Positions 19,084 through 27,194 of a DNA stretch of 64,000 nt are shown here, one piece after another. Below the pieces are notes generated by a model. It saw only the letters and a list, made by a program, of their open reading frames with translations. It was not told the origin of the DNA and did no database searches. Source of the stretch: Fusobacteriota bacterium (GTDB lineage: Bacteria; Bacillota; TC1). The stretch's first letter is position 1, and every line of letters starts with the position of its first letter. The stretch covers positions 28,067 to 92,066 of the forward strand of contig JAKEGG010000007.1 of NCBI GenBank assembly GCA_022615965.1. Direction: 5' to 3'. The translations under genes and the position numbers were made by a program.

Positions 19084-19603
19084 TTAACAAATCCCTGCCT
19101 TGATATAAGTACTCAAAACCAGATAATACTGTTGTAATAACTGCAATCCAGTAAATAATTATACCAGCTAATAATAGCCAAGATGAAATTGGTGAAAATA
19201 TCAATATAATTATACTTAATAGTTGAGTAGTTGTTTTGATTTTACCTAAATAGCTGGCTGAAATCACTATTCCTTTTTCAATAGCTATTAATCTAAAGCC
19301 GTTGATCAATATTTCTCGACCAATTATTAAAATTACTGACCAGCTAGGGACTATTCCTGCTACAGCAAGCAACACTAAAGCAGATGTAACCAGTACCTTA
19401 TCAGCTACTGGATCTAAAAATGCTCCTAAATTTGTTGTTTCATTTCTTTTTCTAGCCAAATAGCCATCTAATAAATCAGTTAAGGAAGCTAGTATAAATA
19501 TAGCTCCACTAATTAGATATCCAGTATCCTGGATATAATAAGTTATAATGAATACTGGTATTAATAAAAGTCTGAAAACAGTTATTTTAGTAGGTAAATT
19601 CAT
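19076..19603 (-). CDS. pgsA: CDP-diacylglycerol-glycerol-3-phosphate 3-phosphatidyltransferase
   Basis: 175 aa. CDP-alcohol phosphatidyltransferase motif DLLDGYLAR..G..LDPVADK. Confidence 0.92.
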   Translation of the reverse strand: MNLPTKITVFRLLLIPVFIITYYIQDTGYLISGAIFILASLTDLLDGYLARKRNETTNLGAFLDPVADKVLVTSALVLLAVAGIVPSWSVILIIGREILINGFRLIAIEKGIVISASYLGKIKTTTQLLSIIILIFSPISSWLLLAGIIIYWIAVITTVLSGFEYLYQGRDLLSE

Positions 19604-19612
19604 ATTTTCTCC

Positions 19613-20413
19613 TTATCTATTGATTATCGCCGTGATTATAATATATAGCAAAACAATAATTGCAATACCTAATAAAACTAAAATCATTATATTGCCACCA
19701 TTTTTTTTGTTAACCTCAAGATTTAACGATTTCTTATTTTTCATTCTGTTTTTAGTCATATTGATATTTCTTTCAGTTTCCTGTTTCCTCAGCTTTTGAG
19801 TATTGAATCTTTCCTCTTCTCTCATTAGCTCTTCAAATTCAAGCATTATCTTAGTTGTTGGATAGGTATTATCCATCCCATCAGTAGCTCCTTCAATATT
19901 GTTTGTATCTGATGAAAAGTTAGTAGAAATATCTTTTAATTCATTTTGACTTTTTTGAATATAGTCATCGATCATGCTTAATGAATTTTCATAGTTTTCA
20001 TCCTTATCAATAGATAACTCTTTAATTTTATCAAAGGAATAATTATTATCTTCAAGTAAATCATTTTCTGACTTTTTTGTTTGATAATCGATTTCAGGAA
20101 AATTATTTACAGGTTTGATTTCTTCTGAATAGGTTAAATCTTTACCTAAACCTTTAAATGTGCTTTTATTCTTCACCTGACCATTTTTCAAGTTGTCGTA
20201 AGCTAAGATCAAGTCAACTGCCGACAATTCATATAGATCTGCGAGGTTTTTCAGAAATCCTACCGTATAGACTCTAGCTGGCAGATTCTCCATAATATCT
20301 TCTTCCAGGGCAGATATATAATGCTCTTTGATTTTAGTTATTCTAGAAACTTCTTCTATTGTCAAGAATTTCTTGTTTCTGCTGTTTTTTAAAATTTTTC
20401 CTAATTCTGTCAA
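19613..20413 (-). CDS. RodZ-like XRE-HTH membrane protein
   Basis: 266 aa. N-terminal HTH (LGKILKNSRNKKFLTIEEVSRITKI), an acidic linker, and a single C-terminal TM helix. Confidence 0.65.
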   Translation of the reverse strand: MTELGKILKNSRNKKFLTIEEVSRITKIKEHYISALEEDIMENLPARVYTVGFLKNLADLYELSAVDLILAYDNLKNGQVKNKSTFKGLGKDLTYSEEIKPVNNFPEIDYQTKKSENDLLEDNNYSFDKIKELSIDKDENYENSLSMIDDYIQKSQNELKDISTNFSSDTNNIEGATDGMDNTYPTTKIMLEFEELMREEERFNTQKLRKQETERNINMTKNRMKNKKSLNLEVNKKNGGNIMILVLLGIAIIVLLYIIITAIINR

Positions 20414-20424
20414 AATCCCACCTC

Positions 20425-21459
20425 CTACACAAAGTCCTTCATTATACTGTTAATACATGCATCCATATCATTTGTATCATAGGTATGCTTGTATCTATTG
20501 TTATTTTTTCTATTTTTATTATATAAAATATCATAATAGTTTATTAATAAGTAAGAAACTACATTTTCTGCTCCCAAATTATTAAAACTATCAACTAATT
20601 CATCTACAACTTTTTTGCCTAAAAAATCTTTCAAGACATTGATACTACGAACTATCTCATCTTTATTTTCATCTAGAAAACCACCATAATCTTTGATTAT
20701 TCGTTTAGTTCTATTGTTTATATTACTTTCAATCAGATAACTTTCTCCGTTTATCATTTTATCATAAAAACCATTTGGAATATATAACCTGCCGATTTTT
20801 TTGCTTTCTCCCTCAACAATAATATATTTACTCTCAATACTTATAATCGAATTAAATAAATCACTATCAAATTTTTTCTGGCTTGGTTGTTCTCCTAGAC
20901 CTATATGGCCAAAAACAGAACCTCTATTATTTGCCAAACCTTCAAGATCGATAACCGGCATCTTCTTTTCTTTGAGTAGTTTTAGTAATTCAGTTTTCCC
21001 ACACCCAGTTAAGCCATATAAGACTCTTATTTTTTTATTAAAATCTTTTTCAAAGTAATTCAGAATATAGTTTCGATAACTCTTATATCCTCCGGATAAC
21101 TTATACACATTATCTAATTCTATAGAGAGAAGTGTAGCAGTTACTTCGCTCCTATCTCCCCCTCTGGCACAGTATATAATTATTTTACTATTGTCTTTGG
21201 CTGACTTGTGAAAACTATTTAAATAAGCTAAAGATCTTGGTAAAACCATTTCTCTGGCCTTTTCTTTAGCTAACTTATTGCCTTTTTCTTTATATATGGT
21301 TCCTATTATTTTTCTCTCATTATCATCAAGTAAAGGGAGGTTAACAGCTCCTAAAATATGATCTTCAGCAAATTCAGATTCACTTCTGACATCAAAAAAT
21401 ATATATTCAGACTTATTTACCATAGCTTCTTCTATACTTATATGTTTGAATTTAGCCAT
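20425..21459 (-). CDS. selU: tRNA 2-selenouridine synthase (SelU/MnmH)
   Basis: Rhodanese domain with IIIYCARGGDRS active-site loop, plus P-loop GLTGCGKT. The start is taken at MAKFKHISIEE (the track start 21483 would overlap ftsK). Confidence 0.85.
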   Translation of the reverse strand: MAKFKHISIEEAMVNKSEYIFFDVRSESEFAEDHILGAVNLPLLDDNERKIIGTIYKEKGNKLAKEKAREMVLPRSLAYLNSFHKSAKDNSKIIIYCARGGDRSEVTATLLSIELDNVYKLSGGYKSYRNYILNYFEKDFNKKIRVLYGLTGCGKTELLKLLKEKKMPVIDLEGLANNRGSVFGHIGLGEQPSQKKFDSDLFNSIISIESKYIIVEGESKKIGRLYIPNGFYDKMINGESYLIESNINNRTKRIIKDYGGFLDENKDEIVRSINVLKDFLGKKVVDELVDSFNNLGAENVVSYLLINYYDILYNKNRKNNNRYKHTYDTNDMDACINSIMKDFV

Positions 21460-23776
21460 CAATATCACCAAATATTTTACCAAACTCTTCCCAATTAGCG
21501 ATTACATCTCTACTTTTTGTTCCTTCAAATGGACCAACTATTCCCTTGGCTTCCAAATCATCAATTAATCTGGCTGCTCGGCTATAGCCAATCCTCAGTT
21601 TTCTTTGTAGCATAGAAATAGAAGCCTGATCAGTTTCGAGCACCAATTTTGCTGCTTCCTTTAAAAGGTCATCTTCTTTATCGTTGTTTCTATATGAAAC
21701 TGTATCCTCCTCATCATCAATATCTACATCAATCATTTCTGAACCTTGAAGATATTCGGGAGCTCCTTGTTTTTTAAGAAACTTGGTGATATTTACTATT
21801 TCTTCTTCGGATATATATGCTCCTTGGATTCTTTGAAGTTTTCCACCCTTTAAAGTAAAAAGCATATCTCCCTTACCTAATAATTTTTCTGCCCCAGTAG
21901 AATCTAATATAGTTCTGGCATCAATTTGTGAAAAAACAGCAAAGGCAATACGCATAGGTATGTTAGATTTTATATCACCGGTAATTACCTGAACTGAAGG
22001 TCTTTGAGTAGCTACGATCAAATGAAGTCCTGCAGCCCTGGCCTTTTGAGCTAATCTGCAAATATATGTTTCAACATCGACAGGAGCCGCCATCATCAAA
22101 TCAGCTAGCTCATCGATGATTATAACTACATAAGGAATTCTTTCTGTCGTCTTAACATTAGAATTAAAGGTTTTAATGTCCTTTACTCCTACATCTGAAA
22201 GCAGCTGATATCTTCTTTCCATTTCATTGACCATCCATTTTAAAGCAGTTGCAGCTTTTTTTGGTTCAGTGACAACTGGTGCTACTAGATGTGGAATATC
22301 ATTATATAAATTAAGTTCAACTTTTTTAGGGTCGATCATTAAAAATTTAAGTTCATCTGGAGTATATTTAAACAACAGGCTACATATTATTGTATTTAAA
22401 CAAACACTTTTACCTGATCCAGTAGAACCTGCAATCAGCAAATGAGGCATTTCGGCTAAACTTGTAGTTACCGTTTTACCAGTTATATCTTTTCCAATCC
22501 CCATTGTTAAAGGTAAATTACTATCTTTAAAGGCGGTTGACATAATGATTTCCTTAAATGAAACAGGTAGAACCTTTTTGTTTGGAATTTCAAACCCAAC
22601 AGCTGATTTACCAGGTATAGGAGCTTCTATTCGAACACTAGTTGCAGCAAGTGCCAAAGCAATATCTTCTGACAGTCCTTGTATTTTACTAACCTTGGTA
22701 CCTGGTTCTAAAACTGCTTCATAACGAGTTATAGAAGGTCCACAATTAACATCTTTAACCTGTATATTAACGCCAAAGCTCCTTAATGTTTCTTCAAGTC
22801 TTAAAGCAGTAGCTTCTAATTCAGATTTTTTACCATACTCTTTATCTTTCTTTAATGAATTCAACAATACTGTACCTGGCAGGATCCATTTAACTGGATG
22901 ATGTGACTTTAAACTGCCTTTAAAATCATTTTCTTCAATATTATCTTCTGAATTTATAATTGATACTACAGGTTTATCATTAGTGTTTTTATCAATATTA
23001 AATTGAGGTGGTTCTTCATCCTTAAAATTGAATTTTATTTTATTTTCTTCCTGTTTTTTTGATTCATCTGTTGTTTTTTTGGCAAAGTCTTCTTTATCTA
23101 AAGTAGCATTTAGCCATAATTGTTTTTCATAATCCTTAAGTCTGTCTTTTTTTTCCTCTTCCCTTATTTTTTCTTTATGTTTATATAATATTTCTTTTTT
23201 GGCTTGTCGTTCTTCTTGTAAATCACTGATTACTTTAGTTGAATAACTTTTAATACGACTTAAAGCTGTGATTTCATTAACAAGTAAAACTGTTCCTATA
23301 ATCAGCAATGCTAAAAAAACCAGCCAATAACCTACTATCCCAAAGCTATAATAAATTATATCACCAAAAAAAGCACCAATTATTCCTCCACCTTTTTGTA
23401 ACAAAAAAGCCTCCTGTAAAGACTGAAAGGAGAGTTTTTCTACATAGTTTATCTGGAAGATCATAAACATGCTTAAGTTTATCAACACAAGTGCATAGTA
23501 GAATGATATTCTGACTTTTTCTTTATTGATCAGTCGGTATACACCAATAAAAATCAATGACAATGAAACCAGTATCAAGACATTACCGAAAAAACCTTTA
23601 AAAATATATAAAAAAGCTCCCCCTAATACTCCAATATAGTTATCATAATCTGCAGAAAAGATAGTGGAAATAAAAAATACACCAGTAATTATCAGAAAAA
23701 AACTAATAAATGTATTCCTATTAGCACTAGTATTCTTTGTATTTTTATTTTTGATATTTTTCTTTTTTCTAGCCAT
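21452..23776 (-). CDS. ftsK: DNA translocase FtsK/SpoIIIE
   Basis: N-terminal TM helices, motor domain with GSTGSGKS, and a gamma winged helix (ISMLQRKLRIGYSRAARLIDDLE). The start is taken at MARKKK (ATG 23776; GGAG 5 nt upstream) rather than the track start 23857. Confidence 0.93.
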   Translation of the reverse strand: MARKKKNIKNKNTKNTSANRNTFISFFLIITGVFFISTIFSADYDNYIGVLGGAFLYIFKGFFGNVLILVSLSLIFIGVYRLINKEKVRISFYYALVLINLSMFMIFQINYVEKLSFQSLQEAFLLQKGGGIIGAFFGDIIYYSFGIVGYWLVFLALLIIGTVLLVNEITALSRIKSYSTKVISDLQEERQAKKEILYKHKEKIREEEKKDRLKDYEKQLWLNATLDKEDFAKKTTDESKKQEENKIKFNFKDEEPPQFNIDKNTNDKPVVSIINSEDNIEENDFKGSLKSHHPVKWILPGTVLLNSLKKDKEYGKKSELEATALRLEETLRSFGVNIQVKDVNCGPSITRYEAVLEPGTKVSKIQGLSEDIALALAATSVRIEAPIPGKSAVGFEIPNKKVLPVSFKEIIMSTAFKDSNLPLTMGIGKDITGKTVTTSLAEMPHLLIAGSTGSGKSVCLNTIICSLLFKYTPDELKFLMIDPKKVELNLYNDIPHLVAPVVTEPKKAATALKWMVNEMERRYQLLSDVGVKDIKTFNSNVKTTERIPYVVIIIDELADLMMAAPVDVETYICRLAQKARAAGLHLIVATQRPSVQVITGDIKSNIPMRIAFAVFSQIDARTILDSTGAEKLLGKGDMLFTLKGGKLQRIQGAYISEEEIVNITKFLKKQGAPEYLQGSEMIDVDIDDEEDTVSYRNNDKEDDLLKEAAKLVLETDQASISMLQRKLRIGYSRAARLIDDLEAKGIVGPFEGTKSRDVIANWEEFGKIFGDIDG

Positions 23777-23922
23777 ACTTCTCCTCTTCCTAATTTTAAT
23801 TATTATATCAAATTTATAGTTTCTTTCATAGTATGAAGGGGATTTAATTTCTTTCAACAGTATTAATAAATAATGATATTTATGTTATTATTAAAAGGTA
23901 TTAATTTTTGTTGGAGGTTAAA

Positions 23923-25848
23923 ATGGTTACAAATATTGTTAAGAGTCTTGGTTCAGATTTACTATACTATTTAGATAAGAAAAATCATTCATTAGAGGAG
24001 ATCAAAAGAATCATCAACTTATATCCGGAAATTAAATTTGTTTCACTGGTTGGAGTAGATTTAGGTGGTAATGATACTGATGAAAAGATACCGATCAGTA
24101 TATTTTTAGAGGATTTAGATAAATTTTTAGAAGAAGGAATTCAAACTGATGGTTCAAGTGTAGTTTTACCTGGTATTGCTTCTTTAAATAATGGTAAGGT
24201 AGATATTATTCCAGATAATGATGTTAAATGGTTTGTCGACTATAATTATGATAATATTGATCTGTCTACTGATAAGCCAGTAGGAACTTTAAGAATACCT
24301 TGTTTTTTAAAACATAAAGGTGAATTTATTGATTCTCGTTCTATTTTAAAGAAAGTTGTAACTAATTTTAAAGAAGAGGTTATTGAATTATTCTCTAATA
24401 ATAATATGTCTAAAGCTTTCAATATTTCTAAGGATGAAATAATTGACGTCATATTGACTTCTGCTACTGAACTTGAATTTTGGGTCAGAACACCTGAAAA
24501 CAACAATGTAAAGGTTAAAGAATTATCTACTTCTCAGGTCATGCAAGAGCAGTATTGGAAGAGAACCAAAGGAACTGTAAGAACAGCTCTTGAAAGATCA
24601 TTATTAATACTTGATAAATATGGTCTTGAAGCAGAAATGGGACATAAAGAAGTTGGTGGAGTCAAAGCAAAACTAACTAGTGACGGTACTACCACTAATA
24701 TTATGGAACAATTAGAAATCGACTGGAAATATGCTGAATCTTTACAAACAGCTGATAATGAATTATTAGCCAGAACTTTTGTGAAAGAGATTTTTCAGCA
24801 TCACGGACTAGATGTTTCTTTTAAAGCTAAGCCGATCGAGGGTGTAGCAGGCAGTGGTGAACATACCCATGTTGGTGTAAGTTTGAAATTGAAGAATGGT
24901 AAAATCATCAACCTTTTCACCCCTGAAAACATGACTAAGGAATATTTGTCTATTCCTGGTTGGGGAGCTTTAATGGGTATTTTAAATAATTATGAAATCA
25001 TCAATCCATTTATTAGCGCTACCAATGATTCCTTAGAAAGATTAAAACCAGGTTTCGAAGCCCCTGTGTCAATAGTAGCCTCCATTGGAAATGACATCGC
25101 TACACCATCTCGAAACAGAACAGTATTATTAGGTTTAATAAGAGATTTGAATAATCCATTTGCTACCAGATTTGAGGTTAGATCACCTAATCCACATAGC
25201 AATACTTATCTGGTGATAGCAACTTTATATCAATGTATGCTAGAGGGAATAAAATATGCTGTAGAATCTTCAAAAACTGAAAAAGAATTGGAAGCTGAAT
25301 TTAACAAAAAACAAGGTGAATCTGCAGATTATCTGGCTAAAGACAGAGAGTATAGAAGCGAATTAGATGTATTTGATGAATATACTGAAGAAGAACGTAA
25401 TTCATTATTCGGAAAGCCTCCAAGTACTGTATGGGAAAATCTAAAAGGTTTTAAAGATTATCCAGCAAAACTCCAAACCTTATATTATGGTGGGATTTTT
25501 AATGATAATATCATCAATTCATACTACCTTGGTGTTTTACGTAGATGGTATACAGAAATAAATAGCAGGATATTGCCACAAAGTGCCAAGCTGATCAAAA
25601 ACTTCAAAAAGATACATAATGAAGATTATGAAATCAGCCATTTAGATGAAAAACGTTGGAATGAAATATTGATGCTGAAGGTAGAACTATTAAAAGACAC
25701 TGATAATTCTATTTCCCTATTTACTCAACTTAGAAATGCAATAGAACAAGGATCTTATGATCAGGTCTCTGAACTTCAACTAGAAGTTTATGAAAAAGTA
25801 AAAAAAATAAAAGAACTTTATACAATATATAAGAGAAACATATTATAA
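23923..25848 (+). CDS. Glutamine synthetase family protein (long, type III-like)
   Basis: About 641 aa. GS-like motifs GSGEHTHVG, NRTVLLGL, RFEVRSPNPHSNTYL. The ATG at 23923 is preceded by GGAGG. The track's upstream TTG start at 23908 is unlikely because the GGAGG RBS lies within that extension. Confidence 0.65.
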   Translation: MVTNIVKSLGSDLLYYLDKKNHSLEEIKRIINLYPEIKFVSLVGVDLGGNDTDEKIPISIFLEDLDKFLEEGIQTDGSSVVLPGIASLNNGKVDIIPDNDVKWFVDYNYDNIDLSTDKPVGTLRIPCFLKHKGEFIDSRSILKKVVTNFKEEVIELFSNNNMSKAFNISKDEIIDVILTSATELEFWVRTPENNNVKVKELSTSQVMQEQYWKRTKGTVRTALERSLLILDKYGLEAEMGHKEVGGVKAKLTSDGTTTNIMEQLEIDWKYAESLQTADNELLARTFVKEIFQHHGLDVSFKAKPIEGVAGSGEHTHVGVSLKLKNGKIINLFTPENMTKEYLSIPGWGALMGILNNYEIINPFISATNDSLERLKPGFEAPVSIVASIGNDIATPSRNRTVLLGLIRDLNNPFATRFEVRSPNPHSNTYLVIATLYQCMLEGIKYAVESSKTEKELEAEFNKKQGESADYLAKDREYRSELDVFDEYTEEERNSLFGKPPSTVWENLKGFKDYPAKLQTLYYGGIFNDNIINSYYLGVLRRWYTEINSRILPQSAKLIKNFKKIHNEDYEISHLDEKRWNEILMLKVELLKDTDNSISLFTQLRNAIEQGSYDQVSELQLEVYEKVKKIKELYTIYKRNIL

Positions 25849-25928
25849 GTTTTATTTTGTTAACAAGTATTGAATTATCTATAAAATAATGTAAACTATA
25901 ATAAGTATGTCAGGTAGGAGGTGTTTTC

Positions 25929-26096
25929 ATGTATATGATCACAGACAGATGTGTTTCTTGTGGAGTTTGTGCTGATGAATGTCCAGTAAGCTGCATTAGC
26001 GAAGGAGAAACAAAGTACATTATCAATCAAGATGATTGCATTCAATGTGGAACTTGTCAAAGTGTTTGTCCAAACGAAGCTATTGACGAGCAATAA
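25929..26096 (+). CDS. 2x[4Fe-4S] ferredoxin, 55 aa (below the ORF-track size cut-off)
   Basis: My translation: MYMITDRCVSCGVCADECPVSCISEGETKYIINQDDCIQCGTCQSVCPNEAIDEQ. Two CxxCxxCxxxCP motifs, with GGAGG 7 nt upstream. Confidence 0.85.
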   Translation: MYMITDRCVSCGVCADECPVSCISEGETKYIINQDDCIQCGTCQSVCPNEAIDEQ

Positions 26097-26103
26097 TTCA
26101 AAT

Positions 26104-26137
26104 AAAAAAAGGTTATCATTTATGATAACCTTTTTTT
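26104..26137. terminator. Bidirectional intrinsic terminator between ferredoxin (+) and corA (-)
   Basis: AAAAAAAGGTTATCA / TGATAACCTTTTTTT stem with a TTTA loop and A/T tracts on both sides. Confidence 0.8.
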
Positions 26138-27071
26138 ATAACATATTCTTTTTACGCATCAGATACCAAACTGAAATAGTCGTAGATATACTAAATAGTA
26201 AGACCAAAAGCGTTAGCCATGGAAGGCTATCCCCTGGTATAGGGAGGTTCATCCCAAAAAATGAAAATATCATAGTTGGGATAGCTAAAATAATCGTTAA
26301 ACCAGCCAAAACCTTCATAACATTATTTAGATTATTGGAAATAATAGAGGCGAAAGCATCCATTAACCCAGAAAGAATATTACTGTTGATTTCACTCATA
26401 TCAATCGCCTGCCTTGTTTCAGTCAATGCATCTTCAAGTAAATCTTCATCTTCCTCATACATAGGTAGCAACTTGGTTCTGAATATTTTTTTCATAACCA
26501 ACTCATTAGACCTTAATGATGTGGTGAAGTATAACAAACTTTTTTCTAAGCCTAACAGCTTAATTAGTTGTTCATTTTGCATTGAACCATGAAGTGCTCT
26601 TTCTAACTCACTAGTTTTACGATCTATATGTTTTAAAAATTTCAAATAATATATTGCTGCTTTATAAAATATTTGAAGTGCAAATCTGGTTTTTTTATAA
26701 GTTGACATCGACTTAACACCTCTTAATATAAAGTCCTGTAAAAGACTTATATCCTCTAATGATACTGTAATAAAATGATCCTCCAAGATTATCATACCTA
26801 AAGGGATGGTATTGTATATTATGCCATTATCTCCTTCTTCTTCTTCAATAGGAACATTGATGATAAGTAGAATCTGATCATCTTCCACATCGATTCTTGG
26901 TCTTTCTTCAGAATCCAAAGGAGCTTCCAGGTATTCCAGCAAAATGCCAGTATCCTCGGCAACATTTTGTAATTCTTCCCTGCTTGGATTAACAATGTTG
27001 ATCCAATTATTATTATCTTTTACTGAGGCTGTTTCAAGTTTTCCATCTATAGTTTTGTAAGCAGTGATCAC
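26136..27071 (-). CDS. corA: CorA-family magnesium/cobalt transporter
   Basis: 311 aa. FFGMNLP (GMN) motif between two C-terminal TM helices. GTG start with GGAGG 7 nt upstream. Confidence 0.9.
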   Translation of the reverse strand: MITAYKTIDGKLETASVKDNNNWINIVNPSREELQNVAEDTGILLEYLEAPLDSEERPRIDVEDDQILLIINVPIEEEEGDNGIIYNTIPLGMIILEDHFITVSLEDISLLQDFILRGVKSMSTYKKTRFALQIFYKAAIYYLKFLKHIDRKTSELERALHGSMQNEQLIKLLGLEKSLLYFTTSLRSNELVMKKIFRTKLLPMYEEDEDLLEDALTETRQAIDMSEINSNILSGLMDAFASIISNNLNNVMKVLAGLTIILAIPTMIFSFFGMNLPIPGDSLPWLTLLVLLFSISTTISVWYLMRKKNML

Positions 27072-27085
27072 CGCAGACCTCCTTC

Positions 27086-27163
27086 CTAGGCTGTCTGGAT
27101 ATATACAACAAACAACCCTAATGTATTATTATTATTTAATTTCGATGTTCCAGGGTCGTCCAT
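27086..27163 (-). CDS. Candidate 25-codon leader ORF upstream of corA
   Basis: An ATG preceded by GGAGGTG (8-10 nt spacing) encodes MDDPGTSKLNNNNTLGLFVVYIQTA. Its TAG lies 14 nt before the corA GTG, inside a small hairpin that encloses the corA SD. Confidence 0.3.
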   Translation of the reverse strand: MDDPGTSKLNNNNTLGLFVVYIQTA

Positions 27164-27194
27164 GTATCTTTCACCTCCTACTCTAACCTTTAGT

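Noticed and set aside
23777-23857. N-terminal extensions proposed by the ORF track: ftsK to 23857, prkC to 43391, nadK to 30753, selU to 21483, recN to 28898, Zn peptidase to 45813, and GS-like from 23908.
   Set aside because: In each case an internal start has a proper SD, removes an overlap with the upstream gene, and gives the family-typical N-terminus. The extensions look like non-coding or promoter sequence.
27072-27194. M-box (Mg2+) riboswitch upstream of corA, suggested by GGTTAGAGTAGGAGGTGAAAG resembling the GUUAGGUGAGGCU start of M-box RNAs.
   Set aside because: Only 123 nt are available, against about 160 nt for an M-box aptamer plus platform. I could not find the other conserved M-box segments. 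The GGAGGTG is better explained as the SD of a small leader ORF.
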